Source of the DNA: a virus
DNA length: 54,809 bases
Virus record (IMG/VR): IMGVR_UViG_3300045988_019169
Coordinates: 1-54,809 of that record
Reading direction: 5' to 3' (one strand)
Positions 1-9,604 of the stretch are shown here, in pieces (position 1 is the first letter of the stretch; each line of letters opens with the position of its first letter). The notes below the pieces were generated by a model. It was not told where the DNA came from and searched no databases. It worked only from the letters and a program-made list of their open reading frames with translations. The position numbers and the translations under genes were made by a program.

Positions 1-833
<833 letters not shown>

Positions 834-1391
834 TTACACCACCTCCTCATATTTCCATGAAAAACCACCTATGCTTTTCTTTATTCCTCTGCATACCGCC
901 CCGATATTCGATGGACTTTTTAAACCATTTTCTTTAGCAGCTGCTGTTACCGAATTGTACCTATTAATTATTTTTCCTGTATTCATATCAATTTTTAATA
1001 CTGGTTTCATAGGTTTACCTGAATGATATTTACTCCTATTATTCAGCCCTGTATTGTATGCGTGCATTTGATTTTCAGCATTTGTACACCACTCCAAGTT
1101 CTCAACCCTATTATCTGTTTTGATTCCGTTGATATGGTTTATCTGCGGCTTTCTGTTTGGATTATCTATAAAAGCCATAGCGACTAACCTATGCACCTGT
1201 TGGGTAGGTAATCCTCTGATTTTGGTAATAACTTTATATCCCTTCTTGCTTACTGATTGTTTTAATATACAGCCTTGTTTTATATAATAGCCTTTACCAT
1301 TCCATATCTTTCTTGTTTTTGAACGAACATTCCCTAGGTTTGAAACTTCGTAGCATTCTCCATTGGGAATGTCTTTCCATATTTCTTTCAT
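834..1391 (-). CDS. HNH homing endonuclease (NUMOD4-like N-terminus plus HNH_3-like core)
   Basis: [22 protein letters not shown] and [28 protein letters not shown]. Confidence 0.8.
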   Translation of the reverse strand: MKEIWKDIPNGECYEVSNLGNVRSKTRKIWNGKGYYIKQGCILKQSVSKKGYKVITKIRGLPTQQVHRLVAMAFIDNPNRKPQINHINGIKTDNRVENLEWCTNAENQMHAYNTGLNNRSKYHSGKPMKPVLKIDMNTGKIINRYNSVTAAAKENGLKSPSNIGAVCRGIKKSIGGFSWKYEEVV

Positions 1392-1451
1392 TCATCATCA
1401 AAAGGAAACCTCGGTTTTATGTCCGGACAACCTATTCCTTTCTTTGATTTT

Positions 1452-1637
1452 TTAAGTCAAATAATAGCCTTTGCTTTTCACTTCCGCATAATCATCTTCT
1501 GAAAGCAAAACTTCTGTCTGAATCTTTTTGTTACCATAGCAATCAACATCACATACAACCTTGAAAAATAACATTCCGTTCTTTTCAATCGGTTCTTCGT
1601 GAGTTATGTTTGTTACATAACATTCAAGCAAATTCAC
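1452..1637 (-). CDS. hypothetical early protein
   Basis: ORF in a co-directional tightly packed operon. Confidence 0.5.
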   Translation of the reverse strand: MNLLECYVTNITHEEPIEKNGMLFFKVVCDVDCYGNKKIQTEVLLSEDDYAEVKSKGYYLT

Positions 1638-1939
1638 TCTGAATCACCCTTTCCATTCCTATATTCTTCTATTGCCTTGTCAACTCTATACTTACCCCAA
1701 TCCCCACTACAACACCATTCAACAGCTTTGAAAACGGGGCTTAACATTTCAAAGAGCGTTTCCACTCTTATTTTAGCTGATTTGATATATTCAACTAACC
1801 GCCTTGTATCTTTTGCTACATCTTCATATCCGTTTTGATTGAGATAATCAGCCATTTTTTCCAGCAATTCAATGTCTCTGTACTGCATGAGGTCATCAAT
1901 CTCTTCTGCATATAAATAGTTCCAACTGCCACCGCTCAT
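1634..1939 (-). CDS. hypothetical early protein
   Basis: ORF with 4-nt overlap to neighbours. Confidence 0.55.
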   Translation of the reverse strand: MSGGSWNYLYAEEIDDLMQYRDIELLEKMADYLNQNGYEDVAKDTRRLVEYIKSAKIRVETLFEMLSPVFKAVEWCCSGDWGKYRVDKAIEEYRNGKGDSE

Positions 1940-2244
1940 TAGTTCTCACCCACTTTCACACAATCACTTTTAAGCATATCTGCCTTGATTAACTCGTAGA
2001 TAATATCAAGGTAAGTTCTGTTGTCTCTGTATCTGCAATTAGCGTCTTTATGTATTCTTGGGTCGATACATCCTCTCGCCCAATCCATAACGTCGAAATA
2101 CACATCGCTAACAAAAAGCATTTTGCACCCTCTAGCAACGCACAAATAGTAACATCCCTGCTTACCATATTTGCCCTTGCATTTCTTAAATCCGAATTTT
2201 TCAAACTCTTTGGCTTTAACTGTTGGTATCAGCATTACTCTCAC
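1939..2244 (-). CDS. hypothetical Cys-rich early protein
   Basis: ORF in the operon. Confidence 0.55.
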   Translation of the reverse strand: MRVMLIPTVKAKEFEKFGFKKCKGKYGKQGCYYLCVARGCKMLFVSDVYFDVMDWARGCIDPRIHKDANCRYRDNRTYLDIIYELIKADMLKSDCVKVGEN

Positions 2245-2584
2245 TCACTTTCTTAAAAGGAACACCTCTTAAATGCTCATCAAGGTCTAATTCTGTTCCG
2301 TCAATATTGCCGTTCAGCTTGTTTTGGCAATGGCATAATAATGTTTCAAGGTCGCAAATTCTACCTGCCTTATACTCACTTCTTATGAAGTCAAGAACTC
2401 TGTCTACGCTTTCTATCCTGTACCTTGCTATTTTTGAATTGTAATCAAGCCTTATATCTGCAATTTCTTTTTCGCGCTGTCTGATTTTAGCTAAATTGCC
2501 CTTGCAAAATTCATAATCGCTAATAAGTTTTTGCTTTGCAATTCGTGCGATTTCTTCCGCTGTATAGCCTTTAATTCCGCTCAT
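2216..2584 (-). CDS. hypothetical early protein
   Basis: ORF with ATGA overlap to the upstream gene. Confidence 0.55.
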   Translation of the reverse strand: MSGIKGYTAEEIARIAKQKLISDYEFCKGNLAKIRQREKEIADIRLDYNSKIARYRIESVDRVLDFIRSEYKAGRICDLETLLCHCQNKLNGNIDGTELDLDEHLRGVPFKKVSESNADTNS

Positions 2585-2773
2585 TCACTTTCACCCACTT
2601 TCTTATCATCAACAATCTTAATTTTCCTACCACAAGCATTGCAGTAAATATCATATCCTTTTTGAGCAATTAAGCCTCATTTTCCCGCACTCTGTGGTAT
2701 AAATTGGAAATCCGTAAGGTGTATGAGTAACATACCATTTGCACTGCTCATTTTCTTTATTGCCATTACTCAT
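2581..2773 (-). CDS. small Cys-containing protein split by a frameshift at a T5/A5 run (2659-2663)
   Basis: ATG at 2773 gives MSNGNKENEQCKWYVTHTPYGFPIYTTECGKMRLNCSKRI then stop. The +1 frame continues GYDIYCNACGRKIKIVDDKKVGESE and ends in an ATGA overlap at 2581-2584. Confidence 0.4.
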
Positions 2774-3360
2774 TCACTTTCACCCACTTTCAACAAATCC
2801 ATAAACTTCTCATACTGTTTCTGCGACACCTTGTTGTGCTCTTTTTCTGGCTTTAAGCGGATTATAAGGTGCTTTTCTGCGATAGAGGATAATTCTCTTG
2901 CCAACACCTTTCTGCCTTGCTGTATGCCCTCTCTGTAACCTTTAGCTGGGTGGTAATCGTCAATCTGTGCTTTGCCCTCGCCTTGGCTACCGCTCGTCTT
3001 GTTCCTGAGCTGGTAGCCGTTATCAGCGTATGCCTTAATGTAATGCTGCTCCCACTTGTCAAGCTCGGCGGTCGGATAATGCAAGAATCCTATCTTCCAC
3101 CCGTAAGGATTGCTCTTGAAGTCGTATAGCCCATGCTTCTTGAGCGAGAGGTCTATGCGCTGATAAGCCACAAGATGTTGTGCTAATCGGCTAAGAATAT
3201 GCACCGCCTGTCCGATGTATGCGTACTTGAAGCAATTCTCGTCAACTCTTGTCAAGAAATAGATGCCGCTCTTCTCGTCAAGCTTAGGATTGACCTTTAA
3301 CAGCCTTTTCTTATTCTCCTGTTCTATTGCCTTGGCTCTTGCTATGTTCTGATAATTCAA
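2770..3360 (-). CDS. GIY-YIG domain nuclease (homing-endonuclease-like)
   Basis: SGIYFLTRVDENCFKYAYIGQAVHILSRLAQH..YIKAYADNGYQLRNKT. Confidence 0.65.
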   Translation of the reverse strand: MNYQNIARAKAIEQENKKRLLKVNPKLDEKSGIYFLTRVDENCFKYAYIGQAVHILSRLAQHLVAYQRIDLSLKKHGLYDFKSNPYGWKIGFLHYPTAELDKWEQHYIKAYADNGYQLRNKTSGSQGEGKAQIDDYHPAKGYREGIQQGRKVLARELSSIAEKHLIIRLKPEKEHNKVSQKQYEKFMDLLKVGESE

Positions 3361-3731
3361 GAATTTCCACCTGCCTTTATTTCAAACGGATTCACAAAAT
3401 TATCAATAAGTTTAGCTCCCATACTAAAAGCTACTGGTTGTTCATCCCTGTCTAAATCTAATTTTTGACCACAGCTCGGGCAATAATCATAATCATCATA
3501 GTCAACCTCATATCTATTGCCACAGCAAGGGCAAATCCATGTGTCATACACAAGTGTTCCGCCTGGGGCATATCCATCACCCTCATAGGTTGGCTTCTTA
3601 GGTATCTGCTTCTCGAGAGCCTGTAGTGCGATAGCTAAAGCCTCTGCAAAACATTCCGTAAAAGGATAATCCTCATTAGTTGAATCCGAAAATAATCTTT
3701 CCAATGTTTCCATCGCTTCTTGTTCGTTCAT
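3357..3731 (-). CDS. zinc-ribbon protein
   Basis: CPCCGNRYEV..YCPSCGQKL. Confidence 0.6.
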   Translation of the reverse strand: MNEQEAMETLERLFSDSTNEDYPFTECFAEALAIALQALEKQIPKKPTYEGDGYAPGGTLVYDTWICPCCGNRYEVDYDDYDYCPSCGQKLDLDRDEQPVAFSMGAKLIDNFVNPFEIKAGGNS

Positions 3732-3845
3732 GAAACCACCTTCTTACTCTTGTTAATCCTTGTAGTCTTACGCTTCTTCTTGCTTCCAACGTAACGGCTG
3801 CCACCCATCGGCTTGCCGTAAATAAATGCACTCATGTTACCATTC

Positions 3846-4067
3846 TTAGGCTTCATCTTCTCTACCTCCCAGTGCTTCAATTGCCATGTTAATAGCTTCA
3901 ATTCTTTTTTTGTTTATCATTGTAAGCTCTCTTTTCTTTGCTCCACTCAATCCCAAGTGGTCGCTACTGTATACTGCTATTGCATTTATTAGTAGTTTTT
4001 GTTCATCACGAAGAATTTCAATTGCTTCCCGAATGCTCAAATTATCTCCTCCTAGTTCAATCGCCAA
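3846..4067 (-). CDS. hypothetical protein
   Basis: ORF in the operon. Confidence 0.5.
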   Translation of the reverse strand: MAIELGGDNLSIREAIEILRDEQKLLINAIAVYSSDHLGLSGAKKRELTMINKKRIEAINMAIEALGGREDEA

Positions 4068-4236
4068 AATTATATTCCTTTAGTCGCTTGCTTTTCTCGT
4101 ACACCGTACATTCATTACCTCCCGGACACGGTCTTCTGTGCCCGGTTATCAATATGTACTGGCAGAATCTGTCGCCACCCTCAAAGCTTATACGGCAACT
4201 GTATTTACATGTGCTACATTTCTTTTGCTTTGTCAT
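4057..4236 (-). CDS. small Cys-rich protein (59 aa, below the ORF-track cutoff)
   Basis: Manual translation MTKQKKCSTCKYSCRISFEGGDRFCQYILITGHRRPCPGGNECTVYEKSKRLKEYNFGD. Confidence 0.45.
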   Translation of the reverse strand: MTKQKKCSTCKYSCRISFEGGDRFCQYILITGHRRPCPGGNECTVYEKSKRLKEYNFGD

Positions 4237-4250
4237 GCTGCCCCATCTCC

Positions 4251-4679
4251 TTAGTTGAACGGTAAACCTTCATCTTCTACACCCAATGGCAAATTCATGA
4301 AGCCGTCACTTGCCATTGCTGGAGCAGCCATATTCGAAGCCGGCTGGCTTGGGCTGCTGCCGTTAGCGTTCTTGCTCTCTGCGAACTCACACTCCTCAAT
4401 AACAACATCTGTTGTGTAGACTTTCTGTCCGTCCTTGTTGGTATAACTGCCAGTCTGAATACGTCCGACAACCGCTATCTTAGTACCCTGATGCAAGTAT
4501 CGTTCAATGAACTCCGCTGTCTTGCCAAACGCTATGCAGTTGATAAAATCTGCTGTCTGTTGTTCGCCCTCCTTTTTGAATCTCCTGTCAACCGCAAGTG
4601 TAAGCCTTGCTGTTGTAGTGTTGGTTGCAACACTTGTTCTGATTTCCGGGTCTCTCGTTAATCTTCCCATTAAAATCAC
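4251..4679 (-). CDS. ssb: single-stranded DNA-binding protein
   Basis: GRLTRDPEIR OB-fold N-terminus and acidic tail DEGLPFN. GTG start abuts the upstream HNH stop. Confidence 0.85.
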   Translation of the reverse strand: MILMGRLTRDPEIRTSVATNTTTARLTLAVDRRFKKEGEQQTADFINCIAFGKTAEFIERYLHQGTKIAVVGRIQTGSYTNKDGQKVYTTDVVIEECEFAESKNANGSSPSQPASNMAAPAMASDGFMNLPLGVEDEGLPFN

Positions 4680-4683
4680 TTTA

Positions 4684-5241
4684 TTAATAAGTCATTCCAC
4701 CTTTCTTTAATTCATACCTTTTTAACATGTGATATCTTGCATGTTCTTTAAATGTCATAAGTTTTAAGTTTTCTTTTCTATTATCATCTCTAATGCCATT
4801 GATATGATGTACTACTTCATCATCTTTTAGTTGCCTACCTATTAAGCATTCCATAATCAGGTCGTGTTCCATTACATATCCGTCAATCGTTGATTTTGGA
4901 TGGTCTGGAAAATATATAGATATGTATCCGTCTGCTCTCTTTTTTCTATGCCCTATGCCGTGAATTTTCTTGCTTTCAGACATTTTCTTTCTTGTTTCTT
5001 TTGAAACGGCCTTGCCTTTGTGCGCTTTGCTTATAGCTTTTCTTGCAGATTCAGGATACTCCCACCCGTTTTGTTTTAATCTATTAAGGCATTCTTTTGC
5101 GGTTCTTGATTCTATATTAAATTTTTTCATATAGTTATATACAGAACCAACTGCAACACCTAATTCATCGGCTATTTTATACATAGGTTTGCCACGCACT
5201 ACATAAAGTTCATACAGAACCTCTTTGGTTATTAAATTCAT
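4684..5241 (-). CDS. HNH homing endonuclease with N-terminal HTH and NUMOD-like repeats
   Basis: HTH KIADELGVAVGSVYNYMKKF; ISKAHKGKAVSKETRKKMSESKK; HNH core EVVHHINGIRDDNRKENLKLM. Confidence 0.8.
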   Translation of the reverse strand: MNLITKEVLYELYVVRGKPMYKIADELGVAVGSVYNYMKKFNIESRTAKECLNRLKQNGWEYPESARKAISKAHKGKAVSKETRKKMSESKKIHGIGHRKKRADGYISIYFPDHPKSTIDGYVMEHDLIMECLIGRQLKDDEVVHHINGIRDDNRKENLKLMTFKEHARYHMLKRYELKKGGMTY

Positions 5242-5264
5242 TATTATTTCACGCTTTCTTTGTC

Positions 5265-5459
5265 TTATCTCCTTCGCTTATCCCATTTTCTCATGAGTTT
5301 CTTGTTTTCCCGATACAAAAAGCTCATGCTATCCTTTTCGCTCTCGATTATTCGAGTTGCATTAGTTTCGCGGTTGTTTGCTGCTTCCGCTTGGTACTTC
5401 TCGCATTTATCGTGGTACGCCCCACAACCTCTGTTAGGGCAGTCTCGACAGCATCTCAT
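5265..5459 (-). CDS. small Cys-rich protein
   Basis: MRCCRDCPNRGCGAYHDKC. Confidence 0.45.
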   Translation of the reverse strand: MRCCRDCPNRGCGAYHDKCEKYQAEAANNRETNATRIIESEKDSMSFLYRENKKLMRKWDKRRR

Positions 5460-5481
5460 TCGTCTAGCTCCTTACGCTGAT

Positions 5482-5652
5482 TTACTCCGCTTCTGATTGA
5501 AGCCATTCCCTAACTTCCGTTACTGTGTGCATTGAAACCCCATTTTCAATAGTCTTAACGCTACCCTCTTCATAAGTTTCTATTGAACAGATAAAATCAA
5601 GCAGCTCTTCATCTGACATATTTCTTATTCTGTCAGCGTTAGTCATTCTCAT
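5482..5652 (-). CDS. small hypothetical protein (56 aa)
   Basis: Manual translation MRMTNADRIRNMSDEELLDFICS.. Confidence 0.4.
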   Translation of the reverse strand: MRMTNADRIRNMSDEELLDFICSIETYEEGSVKTIENGVSMHTVTEVREWLQSEAE

Positions 5653-5792
5653 TGTCCCTTTCCCTTTCCCTTTTCCTTTTCTTTTTTACGATATATTTTC
5701 CTGTAACCAAACAATCATAACTAACGTCTTCTCCATTAGAATGCATAGTAGTCCATCTACCGCATTCAGCACAATTTTCATCGCATGTTACA

Positions 5793-6323
5793 TTACTCAT
5801 TTTCTGCACCTCTCAATTCTTTCAGTTTTGCTTCGGCTTCTTCTCTTGTAAGGAATAATGTTTTGCCAATTTTGTTTATGTCTGACAACTCAAATGTACA
5901 CTTATCTATTGTACATGGTGTTTTATTCGGAATCCCTAAGATGTAATAAACATCATCTCCCACCTTACAAGGTAACTTGATAAGTCTGCCCTGCTCTTCT
6001 AAGTCCTCATAATACTTGAGTTTCTCTCTTAAATCAGCCATAGCCCATAAATTACGATAGAATAGAGCTAATAATCCTATCTGACTATCCGTTTCAACCG
6101 ACAGCATTTCACCCATATAGTCGTCAAATTCTTCATCTGACATATCGGATAAATCTTCATCGCACATATCTTTTACAAGATTTTTGACAAGCTCTCGGCT
6201 ATCAATATCAAATTCATAATCCCTGTATCTTGCCTTACATTTTTCATCTGCATAACAACTGTTATACGCTAATTCAATCATATTCATATCAGATGTCTGC
6301 TTGTCGCTTGTTAATCTCTTCAT
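5793..6323 (-). CDS. hypothetical acidic protein
   Basis: ORF in the operon. Confidence 0.55.
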   Translation of the reverse strand: MKRLTSDKQTSDMNMIELAYNSCYADEKCKARYRDYEFDIDSRELVKNLVKDMCDEDLSDMSDEEFDDYMGEMLSVETDSQIGLLALFYRNLWAMADLREKLKYYEDLEEQGRLIKLPCKVGDDVYYILGIPNKTPCTIDKCTFELSDINKIGKTLFLTREEAEAKLKELRGAENE

Positions 6324-6335
6324 TCCTGCTCCTTT

Positions 6336-7076
6336 CTAAAACGGGCACTCACTAGGATTGTTTAAAATCCAACTCTTACCCTGTTCTGCAACGTCTACAT
6401 TCGCCCCATTTACATCATTTTTCATCTTTGCGATAAAACTATCCTTATCAGCATTTTCACTTGATAAATGGCACATTATGACGTTCTGCAAGCTGTCTGA
6501 ATCGTTTGCCTTAACAAAATCGCAAGCGGTATCAATGCTTAGATGACCTCTGAAAACGTGATTAGCTTTCGGATTGTCGGTATCAACTAAATCCTTGTCA
6601 TAGTTCACACCTAAGAGAATGTGGTTTATGCCCTTAAAACGCCACTTAATCAGCTCTGTGTCGGTTATATAAAGCAATTTACCCATTTCCTTATGTGTTA
6701 TCAGAAATCCGTAACAAGGGCATTCTGTTCCGTCTGCGTTAGTATGTGTCCATCTGCCATCTACTGTAGTTAAAGCAAATGCACTGATATCGAAATTTGT
6801 TTTTTTCAGTTTGTAAGTAAGTGTTTCCGATTTACTGGCTATCATATATGGCAAAACTGTATGAAAGCCCATTCTGCACATCTCTAAGGATGCCTTACTA
6901 TGGTCAAGATGTTTATGGGTGCATAAGACACCCACAACATCTTTAATGTTCCAATCTAAGCCTTTTTTAATCTCCTTGATGCCGATACCACAATCAAGGA
7001 TAAGCGTTTCTCCGTTGTCTGCCTGTAACAAATAGCAGTTACCGCTACTGCCAGTTGAAATACATTTAAGTTTCAT
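6336..7076 (-). CDS. MBL-fold metallo-hydrolase (probable recombination exonuclease partner)
   Basis: HKHLDHS (HxHxDH) motif. Start moved to MKLKCISTGSSGNCY after a GAGAGG Shine-Dalgarno. Confidence 0.8.
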   Translation of the reverse strand: MKLKCISTGSSGNCYLLQADNGETLILDCGIGIKEIKKGLDWNIKDVVGVLCTHKHLDHSKASLEMCRMGFHTVLPYMIASKSETLTYKLKKTNFDISAFALTTVDGRWTHTNADGTECPCYGFLITHKEMGKLLYITDTELIKWRFKGINHILLGVNYDKDLVDTDNPKANHVFRGHLSIDTACDFVKANDSDSLQNVIMCHLSSENADKDSFIAKMKNDVNGANVDVAEQGKSWILNNPSECPF

Positions 7077-7101
7077 CCAAAAACCTCTCAACATATTCGT
7101 T

Positions 7102-7284
7102 CTATTTTTCGATTGCCTTTTCTTTTGTGGCTACATTATGGAAGAACATCTTCTTTGCGTGTACTCCATCGTTTAACCTGTATCTCGGACAGCCAGAACT
7201 ATATCCCATAAAAAATCCGTCTGGCTCATTTCTAAGAACAACAGCTTCAGCACCACATATAGGGCAATTTCTTAGCCCTTTCAT
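7102..7284 (-). CDS. small zinc-ribbon protein with weak resemblance to the Lar restriction-alleviation family
   Basis: NCPICGAEAVVL..GCPRY..TKEKAIEK. Only 3 Cys, so the family call is weak. Confidence 0.3.
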   Translation of the reverse strand: MKGLRNCPICGAEAVVLRNEPDGFFMGYSSGCPRYRLNDGVHAKKMFFHNVATKEKAIEK

Positions 7285-7598
7285 GCTTCCACCTCATCAT
7301 CTTTCGGGAACTGGAAATAATTCTGTGTCATCTTATCAAAAACAGTTTCCGACAAGCAGCTTACGAATGAAGTACCTTTTTCAGTATTTATTATCGTTTT
7401 TAAAAAAGCGACCTTTTCGTGCTGCTCTCTCAACATTTCCATAGCCTTAATAGCCTTTGCTTCGGCGGAGTACTCCGCAAGTGCCTGTGAATCGGTAATC
7501 AAGTTGCTGTTAAAGAAGTAAATCTTCTTGTTGAGCCTGATAACCGCCACATGCTCGTATGGCACATCTGTTGTTCCGTCTTGACTAATTATTCTCAT
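7281..7598 (-). CDS. hypothetical protein
   Basis: ORF with 4-nt overlap. Confidence 0.5.
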   Translation of the reverse strand: MRIISQDGTTDVPYEHVAVIRLNKKIYFFNSNLITDSQALAEYSAEAKAIKAMEMLREQHEKVAFLKTIINTEKGTSFVSCLSETVFDKMTQNYFQFPKDDEVEA

Positions 7599-7821
7599 GC
7601 TTACCCTCCATGATTTTCCTTAAAACTGCACCAAAATCGCTATCTGTAGCGGTAGAACACTTATCGGAACATCTAATAAACTCATTCAGCATCATGTCGA
7701 AGCACTGCTTATCACTATGGAATACTTTCTCATATACCTCTTTTGTCAACACGCCGAAATCAGCTATAATGTCCATGCCCTTGCCGTCAATCATTACTAT
7801 TCCCTTGTCACTAGCAATCAT
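7585..7821 (-). CDS. hypothetical protein
   Basis: ORF in the operon. Confidence 0.5.
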   Translation of the reverse strand: MIASDKGIVMIDGKGMDIIADFGVLTKEVYEKVFHSDKQCFDMMLNEFIRCSDKCSTATDSDFGAVLRKIMEGKHENN

Positions 7822-7829
7822 ATAACCTC

Positions 7830-8933
7830 CTATTCTGCCGTCATAAATGGCGGTAACTCCGTCTGCTCTGTTGACTGCTCCTTGGTTGCTTCTATCGCCG
7901 TTGCACTGGAATTATCTTCTATGAACTCAACTGTATTAGAATTCTCGTCAATCTCAGCCTGTGCAAGCTGATAAACTTCGTCCATTTCAACCTGTGCCTG
8001 TCTTGCCATTGGGTCATAATTCTTCGGAAATTTTTTTGTGGCATTGTTGCACATTTTCCTCTGAATCATGCTCTCTGGGGTATCAAGCCAAGCACCCGAT
8101 ATAAACGGTCTAGCGATTTCGCACTTTATCATATCGTCTACAGTTTCGCACTGCCTCAACGCGTTGAGAACTTCTTCCTTTTTCTCTTTTATCTTCTTTT
8201 TCTCTTCCGGTGTAGCGTCATAACGAGTGCGTTCCACTTCCTTGTTGTACTGCTTTTTCGTGCCGGTTATTATTCCGAAAGTTTCATTCTGCATATTCTG
8301 CTTTACATGGGACAGTAAATTTATCTTTACACTGTCTCTGTCCGCGGATAAATAAGTAACCGTTCCGTCCTTTAACTTCACAGGATATACAACTCTTACA
8401 GCTTTGTCGGACAATCCTTTCTCTTCCCACTCCGGGTCGGTGATTGAAAGCCCTTTGTGCTTAGGCGGAACGTACACGTCACCCTCCTTGATAACCCAAT
8501 ATGGATAAACTGTATCAACATTCTTCCCGTAGTTGGATAAGAGCGAATCGTAGCCAGCTCCCTCAATTCCCATTTCGACCTGCTTCTGCCATATTTCTTC
8601 TTTTGTTTGTGGGTCAGTGCCTACTTTCACACTCCTTAACTGGAAATAGCACTCCCTTGGGTATGCGCTAGCATTGAGCTTTAAGCTTGCGCAACGCTTT
8701 ACAATGCCCCTTATATTGCTTGTATCAAGATTACCCATATTAGTCTTAGGGTCATTCTTGACAAGATTGAATATGCTTGTCATTGCTTCCATAGCACACT
8801 CTTTTGCATAATCATCCATATTCATTCCGCAAGACTTGTAATCATCAATGATAAGACCTGTGATTGCATTACTCCACTCACTTAATGAGGTGGTAAATGC
8901 TTTCTTCTCTGCAACTGCCGTATTCTCTGCCAT
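7830..8933 (-). CDS. RecT-like single-strand annealing protein
   Basis: RCASLKLNASAYPRECYFQLR..MGIEGAGYDSLL..VIKEGDVY..AVRVVYPVKLKDGTVTYL pattern, in ATPase/MBL/SSB context. Confidence 0.6.
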   Translation of the reverse strand: MAENTAVAEKKAFTTSLSEWSNAITGLIIDDYKSCGMNMDDYAKECAMEAMTSIFNLVKNDPKTNMGNLDTSNIRGIVKRCASLKLNASAYPRECYFQLRSVKVGTDPQTKEEIWQKQVEMGIEGAGYDSLLSNYGKNVDTVYPYWVIKEGDVYVPPKHKGLSITDPEWEEKGLSDKAVRVVYPVKLKDGTVTYLSADRDSVKINLLSHVKQNMQNETFGIITGTKKQYNKEVERTRYDATPEEKKKIKEKKEEVLNALRQCETVDDMIKCEIARPFISGAWLDTPESMIQRKMCNNATKKFPKNYDPMARQAQVEMDEVYQLAQAEIDENSNTVEFIEDNSSATAIEATKEQSTEQTELPPFMTAE

Positions 8934-8974
8934 AATTTTTTCTACCTTTCTAATTGATTTATTTTAATGTTCTG

Positions 8975-9604
8975 CTATTCCTCTGATTTAAAGATTGAAG
9001 AGGAAAAGATACAAACTGGGCGAACACTGTAGTAGTCATCACAATAACGCATAATGATATTGCCGGACGAAGTAACAGTGACAGTAACAGTACTCCAGTC
9101 GTTATTACAAGCCGTGCCCCACGGCGTAATCAAACGCCACCAGTAGTCATCTGTGTTAGGTATAAGGCTTCTGTACTTGCGGTATTCGTCAAGCGTAAGA
9201 AGCGATACCTTATCTTCACACTCGCCATACTCGGTCTGTCCATCAAGCGAAAGCAAGTCTCGCTTAAATAAGGCAATGTTCTCTTCTCCTATCTCATCGG
9301 CAATCTTCTCGACAAATTCTGTATTGAGGTATTCTCTTAACTGGCTCTGAACCCAGTCATTAGAATTTTCATCAAATACTATCTTGTCTGTAAGCGTGTC
9401 CGCAAGGCACATATAACCCTCATCCGTAATATCAAGTATCTTCCAGTTAAGCCCTGCAAGCTCAAATGTATCTCCGACCTTTAACCCAGTAAAACGCTTT
9501 CTCGCCTTAGTCTTAACATTACCTTCAAACGCAGCTATCTTATTGCTTAATTCGGTTATCTGTTCCTGTAACATCTCCATTGTCAATGTAGCCATAATTG
9601 TCAT
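8975..9604 (-). CDS. DUF6273-like protein, paralog 1
   Basis: LKVGDTFELAGLNWKILD..LREYLNTEF..DDYWWRLITPW..VRPVCIF. Confidence 0.6.
   Translation of the reverse strand: MTIMATLTMEMLQEQITELSNKIAAFEGNVKTKARKRFTGLKVGDTFELAGLNWKILDITDEGYMCLADTLTDKIVFDENSNDWVQSQLREYLNTEFVEKIADEIGEENIALFKRDLLSLDGQTEYGECEDKVSLLTLDEYRKYRSLIPNTDDYWWRLITPWGTACNNDWSTVTVTVTSSGNIIMRYCDDYYSVRPVCIFSSSIFKSEE

Noticed and set aside
5655-5690. Polypyrimidine tract ccctttccctttcccttttccttttctttttt as a regulatory repeat
   Set aside because: It is in frame within a small - strand ORF, encoding a basic KKKRKRERER tail. There is no evidence of a role beyond coding low complexity.
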